A stretch of 64,000 nt of DNA. Source: Chrysomallon squamiferum. Lineage: Eukaryota; Animalia; Mollusca. Below the pieces are notes generated by a model that saw only the letters and a list, made by a program, of their open reading frames with translations, did not search any database and was not told where the DNA came from. Made by a program: the position numbers and the translations under genes. Below, piece after piece: positions 14,667 through 28,735 of this stretch. The stretch covers positions 2,480,001-2,544,000 of the forward strand of contig CM022668.1 in assembly GCA_012295275.1 (NCBI GenBank), written 5' to 3'. Position 1 is the stretch's first letter, and every line of letters starts with the position of its first letter.

Positions 14667-15465
14667 GCAAAAAAGTATATATATTATTGATTGATGTGTT
14701 CACCTATATTTTAAATATTTATTGTTTCGCTGTTTTATCTGAGTAACTACAACCAGTTTGATGTACGTAAGTAACTGCAACAGTTTTGTTTTATAAGAGA
14801 AACAAGAATTTTTTATTATTCCTAGTAACTGTAACTGTTTTGTTATATTTAGAAAACTACAATTTGTTTTATTTAAGAAATACATTTATCTAATATACGT
14901 ATTTTGTGGGGTTTTTGTTTGTTTTTTTTTGTTTTTTCTAAGTAAAAATAACCATTTTATTTAAGTAACTACATTTATTTTCTTCTTTTTTTTCATCTAA
15001 GTAACAATCATCTTGTTTTACCTAAATAACTCCAACTGCTGCGTTACTATGGCGATTTAAAAACAAACTACGTCAGAGCGGCTGTGACGCAGGTGCGCTG
15101 TGACGTAGGAACCATGAACTGACATCTGATCATTCTGACAGCTGTCGGAGATAAAAAAAAGAGCGAAAGTCAAGGAGAATTGGGTGGCTATTTATAGAAT
15201 CACGCGCACATCAGTTGAGCTATTTTAAAACAACTGTATCGATTTAGAAATCTTAGAACTTACGTGTAGGTTTGTGGATAAACTGTATCGCGGTAAAGAA
15301 CTATAAATACATTTTGTTTACTGCTTTTTGTATCTTATTAACGTATAGCTTATATATGTATAAACATGCGTAAAAACAGCATCAGTAGCAAGAACAATAA
15401 TAATAACTGCAACAACAGACAAATAACAACAACAACAACAATACTAGTAATAATAAGAAGAAGAA

Positions 15466-15496
<31 letters not shown>

Positions 15497-16116
15497 AAAA
15501 AAAAAGAAGAAGAAAAAGTAAATAATGTATAAAAAAAAAATAATAATCTGAAATAAAACTTAAAGGAAAACGAAAAAAAAAAAAAATAATAAATAAATAA
15601 AAATACCGATAAATATAAACAAAACAAAACAGAAATTAAAAAGAAAGAAAAAATGAACGAAAAGAAAAACAAGAAACCCAGGTTTGATTTCAAAGTCTCT
15701 ATATTAAATTTCGGAGTACAAATAAGGGTTTGTTTATCTATAAACCTTTCTACACGATTATTAAAGGATGCTGTAGAGCTATAACCCTCTGTTTTCAATT
15801 TCCAACGAACAAGTTATAAAAATAAATAAATAAATAAATGTTGATACTATTATTACTACTACTTCTACTAATATTTATAATAATCGTAATAATAGTAACA
15901 ATAACAAAAACAACAGTTATAATAAAACAACAATAACAAAAATGATTAATTAATGAATAAATAATAAATATTCAAAAGTAAATAAAACAAGTATGTATTG
16001 AAAACTGAAAATAACCGAATGTAAAATATGGCTAGATTTAGTGTATGTCGAACAAACGATTAGTTATAATAATACCAAAATAAAGTTTAAAAAAATATAT
16101 ATAAATTAAAACAATA

Positions 16117-16224
<108 letters not shown>

Positions 16225-16261
16225 TAACTATAATAATAATAAAATAATAGGAATCGGAAAA

Positions 16262-16292
<31 letters not shown>

Positions 16293-16329
16293 TAATAATG
16301 ATAACTATAATAATAATAATAACAGGAAT

Positions 16330-16900
16330 CGGAAAATACGTGACTTCAATCAACGCCAAAAACCTCAAACTCTTTTTTCCAGTGAGGTAAACAAAATTAA
16401 TGACAACAATAACCACGCAAGTTGGCGCCAAATGGTCAGCTATACTATTCCCCCCCAAAACCTCGCCACTTTCCGCTACTTATTTAGATAGCGCGTAGAT
16501 CCCCGAGCGATCATCGTACGCGATGACGTCACAGCAGGCAAGTCGTAATAAAAGACTTTGTCGAGCTAATCTAATCAGGCCGGTTCATTGCGGTGCTGTG
16601 CAGAGACCAATGGCCTCGCGGAACGAAGCCACTAACACGATTCATTCCAGTAATTCACTTACGTACACCCCGTCCTGCACGAGACGTTATCTGCGACTGC
16701 AATTAATAAACGTCTCTCGGATTTAGCCTCGTTTCTAAACGACTCTGATTTACGCTCTTTTGAGACTTTTTGTCGTTAACACACATAGCTCGAAGATTGG
16801 CGGCCGCGGTTCAAAGGGTTAACCAAAGCCTTCCCGGACAATCAGCGTCCGTGTGTAAGAATCTTCACACATTTACGATCAACAGTTAACACGTGATGCT
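16330..16900. promoter_or_regulatory. Enhancer-like CpG island with full CRE
   Basis: TGACGTCA at 16524-16531, several TAAT cores and many CpGs, bounded by SSR blocks. Confidence 0.3.
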
Positions 16901-17002
16901 TTTTTTACGTTAGAGATATCTCAAACCTTTGCTAGTATTTTTTTTTTTTTTCACAAAAGTTTTATCGAGTGCAGTTTACAAGAGAGTGTACGGTACAGTA
17001 AA

Positions 17003-17103
<101 letters not shown>

Positions 17104-17528
17104 GAGTAAAACTGTAAAATGCTGAAGAGAGACGTGACAGGGTTAGGGATCAGTCCCTGTTTTCCCGTTCCTGCCAGTTCATTTCGACTTTCCTGTCAAT
17201 GCAGTTTTTTATTTCTAGTGGATTATATTTCATCTTTAGACTAATATTAATACGAGGTTATCTTAAATTAATGTTAATTAATTCATTTAAATGTGTTTAT
17301 GTGAAAACAGCTGTAACTAATATCAGGTTTATTTCGAAATTTTCTACCACGTCACATATCAATAACATTGGAATTTGTTTGTTTTTTTTTTTTTCGTTCT
17401 GTACTTTTTTCGGTTTTTGTTTTTACACTTTTTCTTTGGTTTTCTATTTAAGAACAGATATTCCACTTTGAGAACAAAGACAAAAACACGCCGACAGAAA
17501 GACAAATTATTTTTATTTTTGTTGTTAT

Positions 17529-17628
<100 letters not shown>

Positions 17629-18044
17629 CTTCTTGTAGTTTTTAAATAACTTTGGTTAATCACACACAAATACAAAACCACGCCGGTTACCAGATACTGT
17701 TTTTATTGTTTCTGAGTTGAGAATTTTATGTTAATAATTTATTATTAGCAAAGAGTGGGCGCATCAATCATTCAGATCTAAACTATGTACTTAGCCCATT
17801 ATGCTGTTACGTGTATAGCGTACAAATAAATTATTCATGAACCAAGATTAGTTATTTAAATGTATTCATGACGTAACAAAATACAAGTAATTTGAATATT
17901 CTCATTTAGAAAACATTATTTTCTGTTGTCGGTTTTTCTAAACTCTATTAGTGTCTTTTATCCTCGAATCTTTATCACAAAACTTCAATTACCAGATCAT
18001 ATTTATTTATATTTGTTGATTTATTTTTTATACAATTAAATATC

Positions 18045-18440
18045 ATAAAGATATTGTATGATATTATATTTAGTATCACAAAGATATATCGTTTTAAATG
18101 TAATATATCAGTATCACAAAGATATATTGTAATATATTCAGTGTCACAAAGATATAGTGTATTATATTTAAGATCACACAAAGATACATTATATTTAGAA
18201 TCACAAAGCATTTTGTAGTATATTGTATTACATTTAATATCACAAAGATACTGTATTATATTTAGTATCACAAAGATACACTGTATTATATTTAATATAA
18301 CAAAGACTATTATATTTTTGTATCACAAACAAACACTGTATTGTATTTAGCATCACAGAGATACACTGAATTATATTATATTTAGTATCACAAAGATACG
18401 CTGTATTATATTTAGCATCACAAAGATACACTGAAAGATA
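18045..18440. repeat. Minisatellite, ~28-33 bp unit TATCACAAAGATACACTGTATTATATTTAG
   Basis: Direct inspection; about 12-13 diverged copies. Confidence 0.85.
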
Positions 18441-18780
18441 TACCGTATCTGAGGTACGGTCTGCTGTAAACATCACTTACAAATGTGACTGTAAATACTT
18501 CGCTCGGTCAGTGCTCGCCTGTAATTGAAAAATCTCTCTGTTCGAGTTTTTCTGAGATAAGCCGCAGCTAAGTGGGAAAGAGACAGAATATTCGGGTTGG
18601 GCTGGATAGATGTCGCTTTTAATTAGCCGTGTGCGCGAACAATATCGTAATGGAGTTATCTCCATCATACGTTGCGTTTGATGATCTCCAGAGAAACGAT
18701 AATCAAGGACAAAACACAAAAACGTCATTAATGACGTTGACATCAAAATGTTTGTCCGCGTTGATCTCCATTAAGTTGCT

Positions 18781-18842
18781 GGGTGGAGGGGGAATGTGGG
18801 TGGGGGGGAATGTGGGTGTGGGGGGAATGTGGGTAGTAGGGG
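18781..18842 (+). repeat. G-rich short tandem repeat (GGGGGAATGTGGGT x3), G-quadruplex-capable
   Basis: Eight runs of three or more G separated by short loops. Confidence 0.7.
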
Positions 18843-19028
18843 ATTTGGCGAGTAAGGAAAGGAAAATGTCTTTGTAATTAGCCAGTCAGCGAAAATAATC
18901 AGAATTGATTGATTTGTAGATTGTGAGAAACGTGAAGAAAAGAAAAAGAGTAAAAGAAAAAAAAAAAAAAAAAAATCATATCAAATTAATTTCGTGTAGC
19001 TTAATCAGAATTCATCAATAACAAACAA

Positions 19029-19078
<50 letters not shown>

Positions 19079-19332
19079 TCCTACTTGGTGTTTGTGTTGT
19101 TAAAAGGATAATAACATGAGACAATAATCCTATATTATAAGATACTGTAGTATTAATACTGATACATAAAATGGTACGACTGAGATTTTAGGTTAACATT
19201 TATAATAACATTACTACTAGTTTAGTTCACACACGTAGCAAAATAGTGGTAATTAATTATGATATCATTTTTCTTGTTAGTAAAATATCCGTTAGTTGAC
19301 CTTCAGGTCTTTATTTTAAATATTGTTCTTCT

Positions 19333-19486
<154 letters not shown>

Positions 19487-20124
19487 TTGCTAAACGTGAT
19501 TTGCGAGACAAAACCGGATATTACGTTCTTTGCAATAAAGATGGCGGCAGACATCCTAAACTAAAAGAATGAATAAAGAATTTAAAAAAAAAAAAAACCC
19601 AAAAACCAGACACAGAGACAAACAGACACTAATGTACGTGATAAATCTCTACATTGTTAACGTTACTTAACACAACACGTTATCGCAGAGAGAGACTTAA
19701 TGGGAGAATCTCGTGAATTAAGACAAGTGCAGTCGAGCGAAAAGATTTATGAAGGTCACCACACTAATTTCCCAGAAACTGCAGAGATAACGGATCGAGT
19801 GTCTGTGTGAACATTGCGACGCGATTGTAAGACGCGACTAAACGATAAACTGTAAAATTTGCATTGATCCAGCGAGCCGGAATTTCGAGAAACTATGTCT
19901 CCGAGACGCCATTTTGTTAATTCTTACATTTGTTCCAGCTAAATATTTCTCTTTGCTGTCGTCTGCTGAAATGCGCTGATGCGTGAAATTCGGAGAACGG
20001 GGTCAGTCGTGCGTGGAGGGAGCGGAATCCCAAAAGTGGTTTTCAAACCGCGGTTTTCTATAAACAGAATCAATCGTTTGTCAAAAATATAATAATCTAT
20101 TCATGTTTTCCGTTCAGATATTAC

Positions 20125-20154
20125 ATAATCATCATCATCATCATTATCATCATT

Positions 20155-20198
<44 letters not shown>

Positions 20199-20208
20199 TA
20201 TCATCATT

Positions 20209-20240
<32 letters not shown>

Positions 20241-20330
20241 TATCATCATCATCATCATTATCATCATCATCATTATCATCACCATCATCATTATCATCAC
20301 CATCATCATCATCATCATCATCATCACCAC

Positions 20331-20369
<39 letters not shown>

Positions 20370-20447
20370 TATCATCACCTTCATCATCATCATCATTATT
20401 ATCGTCATCATTTTTATTATTATTATTATTATTGTTTTTGTTGTTGT
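20125..20447. repeat. (CAT)n microsatellite grading into (TAT)n/(TGT)n
   Basis: Direct inspection; source of the poly-His and poly-Met pseudo-ORFs. Confidence 0.98.
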
Positions 20448-21335
20448 TAATATTTTTATTTTATTTACTTCTGACCATTCAGTTATTATTTATTATTTTT
20501 AATAACGTTTTTATTTTATTTGCTTATATTTATTTATTTATTTATTTATTATTTTTGTTGTTCTTATTATTATTATAATTATTGTTGTTATTGTTATAAT
20601 GATTATTATAAATATTAGTACTGTATCACTGTTGTTATATTATTATTTTTTTTATTATTTTTTTTTTTAATAGTAGTAGTAGTAGTAATAGGAATAGCAT
20701 GAACATTTATTTATTTATTTATTTATTTTAAATTAATTCTTCAGAAATTTTTATTAATTTATGGATATATCAGGTAATATTGTCTTGTCATGAAACGCGT
20801 TTTTTTTCCGTGTTTGTTTTTTTTTTGATTACGCTACGAACTCTGTACGTTACGAAATAACCCGAATGCTGTTACGGAATTACCCGAACGCCTAGATATG
20901 TTACGTTACAGATTGTCTACGTAGAGAATAAGCTCAGTATGCTATACTACAAACTACAAATATCACGGAATTACCCGAACAGAATAAGTTACGCAAAGTA
21001 AATACATGCACGTGCCCTCCATTCCTGAAATACTTGGCACGTGCGGTCCCATGATAGTGTGTATTTCTGAATCTCAAGGAGAGATGGCAATCTCGTGAAC
21101 TACTATGAAGAGGCCCTCCATGGGTTCGCTAATATGATTTAATATTCTAATACAAATATCGTAATTTCCTCAACAGGAAGCTCGGCATAAATGTTTATTT
21201 TCTGTGAAGAATAATAATTAAGTGAACTGAATTAGGATAAGTCATAAAACAAGTTGATGAATAATTACAATGACAAAATACTACTACTACTCCTGCTACT
21301 ACTACTGTTACTACTACTATTACTACTGCTACTAG

Positions 21336-21367
<32 letters not shown>

Positions 21368-21572
21368 ATAATAATAATAATAGCTGATGAATATGATGAT
21401 AATAACGACGATAACACACACACAGACACACACACAACCACACACAAACATACACATATATATGTATGTGTGCGCGTGTGTGTGTGCGTGTGTGCCAAAA
21501 TAATTATATATAGGGTGAGAATCGTAAAGGAAAAAAAAGAATGAGAATCTATCATGTGTACGTATGTATGTA

Positions 21573-21657
<85 letters not shown>

Positions 21658-22189
21658 CGAAGAAATATAATACGTTTTCAAGAATTATTAACATAAACCA
21701 AATACTACAAACTCACTGCCATGAATCTCTTAATATTTTTCATTTCAGAAATTTTTCTGTTCTGCAATTTTTATATCGAAAACTTGATACCCAAACTTGA
21801 TAAAAACATCACAATATTTTATTTTCTCTTCACCCTTTTTTTTTTCTTCTTTTTTTCTTCTTTTTTTCTTCTTCTTCTTCATACCATCTGTTGTTTTTAT
21901 TTGCCTAGTGAAGCTGGAATATTGAACGTGAAGTCTGATAAACGAAATTACAAGCGAAAATGACCTATCTTAATTATACATGGCGATTTCGAATCATCCC
22001 CTGCACATTTTACGACGCGATCCCTAGATTCGATTGACCGAAATGCCGCAGATATAAAAGTGTCGAGTTTCACCAGATTACGTTACAACGATTAGCTCAA
22101 CGATAGAAACATCGCTACTTCATTATCAGAGCTGATTGGACACATTTTTCATCTTTATCGTTTTATCACAAGCTCGTGGAAAATACGTT

Positions 22190-22560
22190 GATCAAATACG
22201 TTTGTGTAATACGTTTAACATGAATATTTGTGAAATACGTTTATTAGGAAAGTTTGTGAAATACGTTTATCATGAACGTTTGTGAAATACGTTTATTAGG
22301 AAAGTTTGTGAAATACGTTTATTAGGAAAGTTTGTGAAATACGTTTATTAGGAAAGTTTGTGAAATACGTTTATTAGGAAAGTTTGTGAAATACGTTTAA
22401 CATGAATATTTGTGAAATACGTTTATTAGGAAAGTTTGTGAAATACGTTCATCATGAAGATTTGTGAAATACGTTTATTAGGAAAGTTTGTGAAATACGT
22501 TCATCATGAAATACGTTTATTATGAACGTTTGAAAAGTATGTTTATCAGAAATGTTTGTA
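22190..22560. repeat. Minisatellite, 26-bp unit TTTGTGAAATACGTTTATTAGGAAAG, with two interspersed variants
   Basis: Period 26 (e.g. 22281 to 22307); about 14 copies. Confidence 0.9.
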
Positions 22561-22895
22561 ACTCTGATTAAATACATTTGTATGTATGTATGTATGTACA
22601 CATTATGTATGTACTAAGACCGGTGACTACAAAAATTATCGTTTTACTGACATCAGTAGTCAACCCTCTGTCGAACGCTTTACGTCGATAATTCTTTGTC
22701 TGTGTTCTTACTTCAATCTATCAAACTGATATTACTTACTGTTTGGTTTGTCGATTTCTCATTAGCAATTCTTTTCTTTTCTTTTCTACTTATTCTCTAT
22801 TTTTTTTTTTTTTTTTTTTTTTTTTTTCTTCAATTTTTTATATTTTCTCTTCTTCTTTCGTTCTTTTAAATTTTTTAATTTTTTTCCCTTGGTTA

Positions 22896-22935
<40 letters not shown>

Positions 22936-23649
22936 CTTTCTACAGAAAAACCTGTTTGAAAAACATCACTCTGTATCATCGTGTTAAAAGCAACAGATAA
23001 ACGATTTCCAAGAAAATAAAAGATGAGACAAAAAAAACCGAAAAAAAAAAATACCTCGAGGAATATCAAATTCTATTAAATTCGTATTAGCATCTTGAGA
23101 AGCACAAATTAAATCAGATACTAGCACTGATAACCCTGTCAGGGCCCCTCCTTGTGGCACAAAGCTTTCTTTGTTTCCAAGACATCGTATCAAGATCAGG
23201 TTACCGGCGAACCCAGTCTTTCCCAAATTAGCCCGCCATTAATTATTCGGCAGCGCGCCAATACGTCAGAAGCGCGCGCATGTAACACGTATGCGAGGCT
23301 CGTACTTTTTTTTTTTTTTTTTTACCACAGCGCGGCAAACACTGGTGACAACGGGCAGACGATAATGATGCAAATCAAAACAACGTGACAGAGCGTAACA
23401 GAAACCGCATCACGTGCTTTCGTAAATGCACAACACATGCACGTATGACGTCATATGAGATCTTTATTTAGACTGACATGCGTAGCGTAAGATCGTATTT
23501 GTGCAGAAGCCTGGTTTTGTAATAATAGTATTAATAACAACAACAACAACAACAACAATAACAATAACAACAATAATAATAATACATGTAATAAATACTA
23601 CCATTCCTACTACTACTACTACGATTACTAATACTACTATTATTACTAT

Positions 23650-23690
<41 letters not shown>

Positions 23691-24298
23691 TATTACTACT
23701 GTTACTGTTACTGCAACTGCTTTATTTCTACTAGTACTACCACCACAATTATTATTCTTGTAGTACTACTACTACTGTTACTACTATTACTACTACAACT
23801 ACTACAACTACTACGGCTACAACTACATCTATTGCTAGTGCTGCTACTACTACTACCACTGCTACAATTATAACCACTACTGCTGTTGCAACAACTACTA
23901 CTACAGTTGTTATTACTACTATTAGTACAGAAGCAAATGCTACTACAATAATTACTACTACTACTAGTATTCACATTACTACAAATAATACTGACTGGAT
24001 GATATGTTGTTAACGTGAATAATGACGTCAAACGTGAATCAAATGTGTTGTCATGGTTACGTGTTGAGAACAGTTTCTGGTAATACGTTTGCTGATTTGA
24101 AAAAAATATATTTAAAAAACTTGAAGTCTTATGCAGGTCATCATTATTATATGACTGTTAATAGTAAAACATTAAGTTTATCATCCAGTATTTGAGTAAT
24201 CAGTCTTCTCCATTTCCAGCGAAATAAATTCACACACTTTTAAATTTTAATATACAGTCAAGAATATAGCACTTCAAGTAGTGGTAATAATAAATTAT

Positions 24299-24330
<32 letters not shown>

Positions 24331-25428
24331 ATAATACTAAATTAGTAGTAGTACTAGTAGCAGAATCTGTATAGTAGAATAGTAATAAATTAATAGTAGT
24401 AGTAGTAGTAGGAGCAGTAGCAATAGTAGTAGTATAAGTAGTAGTAATAAATTAGTAGTAGTAGTAGGAGTAATAGCAGTAGTAGTAGTAATAATAGTTA
24501 TAGTAATAATAAATTAATAGTAGTAGTAGCCGCAGCAGTAGTAGTAATAATAATACTAATAGCAAAAATAGTTATTGTTATAGCGGTAGTCAAAGCGTTA
24601 GAAGTAGTAGAAGTATTTGTAGTAATAGTAATAGTTGTAGTAACTGTAGTAGAATAGTAAAAGTAAAAATAATAATTGTTGTAGTAGCAGGAATAACAGG
24701 AATATGGTTACAATTGTAGTTGCTGTAATAGTAGTATTTACAGTGTTTACAGTAGTAGTGGTAGTAGTAGTTGTTGTAATAGTGGTTGTATTAATACTAG
24801 TAAAGGTTATGTAGTAATAGCTCTAGACTATGGTGGTGGTAGTAGTACCAGTAATATAAGTAGAAAAGGTAGTAGTAGTAGTAGTAGTAGTAGTAGCAAC
24901 AACAGTAAAAGTAAAAACTATAGTAACAGTATAGTAACAGTGTCAGTGATGGTAGTTGCATCAGTAATATTAGACGTCGTCGTAGTGGTAGAGATTGATG
25001 CGACGGTAGAAATAACCATGATGATGCTAAATGGCCTCATAACACAAAAAGCCTCAGATGAATAATACTAATGAAATTCGTTGATAGGTTTATTTGTTCA
25101 ACAGTCTCCACAGAAACAAAACAAACACAAATTAATCTGTGATGTCAGATATAGAAGTTACCTCCACACAATGACAACCACGCAAACAACGTTTTCATTC
25201 ACAGGTTTTGACATCGTGTTTACATTGTCCACTGCGAGTAATCTGGTTAGTGCGCACGCTCACAAATATGTAAATACTAGCTGGTATAAAACTAACAATG
25301 AATATAATTGATAAAAAAAAAAAATTATATATATATATATCTATTTTCTTTGAAGTAAAATAATTATAAAAATAATAATAAAAAACAACAACAATAATAA
25401 TAATATAGTTGTAGTAGTATTTATAATG

Positions 25429-25470
<42 letters not shown>

Positions 25471-26167
25471 CAACAATAAAATAGCAGGCAAAATGAGTTA
25501 TGTTAATTGCGCAAAATAGGACACAGACATTGTGAAAATATCGAACAAATATATTTTTGCTGAATTTGTACATTTACAGGTGTGTGACATGTGTTATATC
25601 TCACTTTACTGTTAACTAATCAATCTCAATAACATTGTATACACACACACACACACACACACACATTCATACATACGTACGTGCATATAAACATACCTAC
25701 ATACATATATGAAAATATATATCAACATATATACATATATGCATACAAACATTCATACATATTTAGGTGTATATGTCTATATGTATGTATGTTTATATGT
25801 ATGTATGTTTGTATGTATGTATGTGTATGTATGTATGTATGTACGTATGTATGTATGTATGTATGTATGTATGTATGTATGTATGTATGTACGTATGTGT
25901 GTGTGTGTATGTATGTATGTATCTAGGTATGCATGTATGTATATATGTATGTATTCCCATTACAAACCTAATTAACGCACACATCTACATAATATATTCC
26001 TATATGCTAATTGCTGGTTGTTCGTGTATTTAATTATTTCATCCTAACAGTTGTAACCAAAATTACCATAGCAACAGCAAACAAATGAAAAACAGTTACA
26101 TGCTGCACGAGTCGATGACGTTACAGTGAGTTCACGATATATATATATATATATGTATGTATGTATG

Positions 26168-26214
<47 letters not shown>

Positions 26215-26240
26215 ATATATATATATATATAGACAGATAG

Positions 26241-26275
<35 letters not shown>

Positions 26276-26588
26276 TGTATATATATGTATGTATGTATGA
26301 ATATGTATGTATAGATATATTTACTATCGCCATGACAGTATTTAACGTCATCAAGAGACTACATTGATCAATTTTCTGTCACATCAGCAGATCTGAAACT
26401 TTTAACTCCATTAGTCCATAATGTACGCAATGACGTCATAAGTACAGATGACGTCACAAGTACAGCTGTGACGAGGAAACGAAGTTCAAAGAGTTCAAGT
26501 TGACTGTCAAACTTTGTTGTTGGAAACAACTAATCGCCAAAACTATTATTATTGTATGTTGTTGTTGATGATGCTATCTTCGATGTTA

Positions 26589-26630
<42 letters not shown>

Positions 26631-27373
26631 CATTACTACTACTACACTAGTAATAATAATAATAATTATTATTATTGTTATTATTACTGTAGTTGTTGTT
26701 GTTATTATTTCTGTTGACGTCGTTCATGTATTAATTTTATTACGATGATGATGATGATCACGATCATTGTTTGTTTATTTGTTTATTGCTTTATTGGTTT
26801 CCTTAATTTTTCATTATTTTCTGTTTTTTCTTATTTATTTATTTAATTACTTATATTTGTATTTATTTATTTATTTATTTATTAACTGCAAACATTGTAC
26901 AATTCTGATGTTAGTGTTTGTCAGTGACATTAATAAAACTGTCAACTGAAGGAGAAAATGAAATGTTAATGATAAATAAGAGAAAATCCCATGAAACTTT
27001 GATGACGACATTTTGCTTGTCCTACATCAAGATCACGAAAAAATTCCAGCAATTTTTATGTTTTAAAATATCAACTAATGAAATAAAATATCAACCGATT
27101 ATTGTCCTTTCTTAAAATAAATTTTATTTTTTTTTTATTTTTTTTTTTTCTTTGTTGTTTTTGAATTTCATAGAGACTTCGTTTTCTTTTATCAAATGTC
27201 AGTTATTATTATTTTTATTTGTTTTTCATTTGTTTTGAACAAAAATAAACTAAATAATATTTAATCCGTTTCAACTGAGATAGGCAATTGACTGAAAATG
27301 TTATAAAGTTAATATTTTTACTTAAATGTAACAAGTGAAAAGATAAAAATAGATATAAATTATTTCCGAAACA

Positions 27374-27429
<56 letters not shown>

Positions 27430-27455
27430 ATCTCTTCTGTCTTTCTCTATTTACA

Positions 27456-27498
<43 letters not shown>

Positions 27499-28239
27499 TA
27501 TTTTTAAAACACACGCTCATAAATGCTCTATTCTTACAAACCTTTCAAACTGATATTTTTTTTTCTTAGTTTTTCTTTTTTTCTTTCTGAACGTAAAAGT
27601 TTTTCAGTTGTTTATGAGAGGAGTGAACAGGACAGAGTAATCAGTTTTCTGTCTCAGTAATGACACGCGATAAACGCTCTCTCATTACGTTACTTCCCGA
27701 TCCAAACAATTTTCTCCAATTAACCGTGGTAAATGGTTTAAACATTTACGACACAAGCAATTTGCTATCAAATGAAAGAAATCAAGACTCTGAATGGTAA
27801 TTATTATACTGTTCCTTATCAGGAGCTCTTAAAATGAAATAAATTAAACAAAATGGATGTTAAAAAAAAAAAAAAAAAAATAAACGAAAGTAAAAAGAAA
27901 AGAAAATCCAGTAAGAATGTAAATATAATGAAGTAAATAAAAATTTGCAGAACTGAATGAATAGATGAATAAACAAAAAAGAAAGAAATAACATATTAGA
28001 TAAAATAATAATAAATAAAAATACTATATTAACACCAAAATAAACAAATAAATAAATAACATTAATAACAAAACAAAAACCAAAATGTAATATAATAAAA
28101 AAAAAAAAAATTTAAAAAAAAAAAGAAAAAAGGAAAACATTGAATAATTGACAAACTTGATAAATCTATAAATCTCAAATTTAAAACATAACCGCATCAC
28201 TCGTACGAAAAACAAGAAAAAAAAAAAGACTCTACTAAC

Positions 28240-28440
28240 CTTTTGCTTCTGCGCAGAAACGGTACTCGACGACTTTTTCCGGTTCCGCTTTTTAGTACGC
28301 GACGAGCCCATCCCTCCGGTCTCGTTCCTGACCTCCACCGTGACCCGCTGCGCAGGCTCATTGCACGGCTCCTCGTGGTAGCGTCGCGCATGCGCGTGGG
28401 GATCCACAGACATAAAGTTATACGCAACACTGGCCATCAT
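28240..28440 (-). CDS. Probable first or early coding exon segment of an unidentified large multi-exon gene; 67 aa MMASVAYNFMSVDPHAHARRYHEEPCNEPAQRVTVEVRNETGGMGSSRTKKRNRKKSSSTVSAQKQK, continuing into an intron
   Basis: Clearest non-repetitive, GC-elevated stretch with an open frame. Tandem ATG ATG GCC at 28440-28432; the second ATG has A at -3 and G at +4. The frame ends exactly at a phase-0 donor AAG|GTTAGT (exon end 28240), followed by an abrupt switch to low-complexity intron sequence. Basic NLS-like cluster KKRNRKK. No domain recognised. Confidence 0.7.
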
Positions 28441-28735
28441 AGCACAGAACACATAGATCCTCTGGCTGTCCAACGCTTTGTCCTCTGGAATGACTACGGT
28501 CGCGCGGTTCAGTGCCAGACACAAGCTGAATTGATCGCGGACCCCGCGGTAGAGCGAATCTTTTGCACGTATGGGGAAACAGAACCCGGCCTTGACCCCA
28601 GCACCGGTCGTGGTATCCAGTTTTGGAAACTGAAGGTCAAGGTCAGTGAAATGGAAAAGAACGACGTGAGAGAAGAGGCGCGTGCAGTCCTCGCAGAATC
28701 CAGGATCCACTCACGAGCCCATGTTCGTCAGTTCA
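28240..28735 (-). other. Exon containing the CDS above, with a 5' UTR or N-terminal extension; alternative internal acceptor at 28629
   Basis: Minus strand reads CTAATTTTTTCTTGTTTCAG|TGAAC (branch-like CTAAT, U-tract, CAG; exon starts 28735). A second acceptor reads ...CTCTTCTCTCACGTCGTTCTTTTCCATTTCACTGACCTTGACCTTCAG|TTT (exon starts 28629). Base composition shifts at both ends. Confidence 0.7.

Noticed and set aside
18481-18746. 89-aa minus ORF / 38-nt exon ending at TTT|GTAAGT
   Set aside because: Poor exonic donor context, length not a multiple of three, no recognisable protein features; better explained as a regulatory island.
20103-20450. Poly-His ORF as a metal-binding protein
   Set aside because: Translation of a (CAT)n microsatellite that grades into other SSRs; many similar tracts occur in the window.
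28024-28239. C-terminal hydrophobic tail of the 228-aa minus ORF as a transmembrane region
   Set aside because: Lies beyond the AAG|GTTAGT donor in T-rich intron sequence.
28711-28713. Selenocysteine UGA
   Set aside because: A SECIS would lie in the 3' UTR outside the window and cannot be assessed; the overlapping GTGAGT donor and uORF explanation is simpler.
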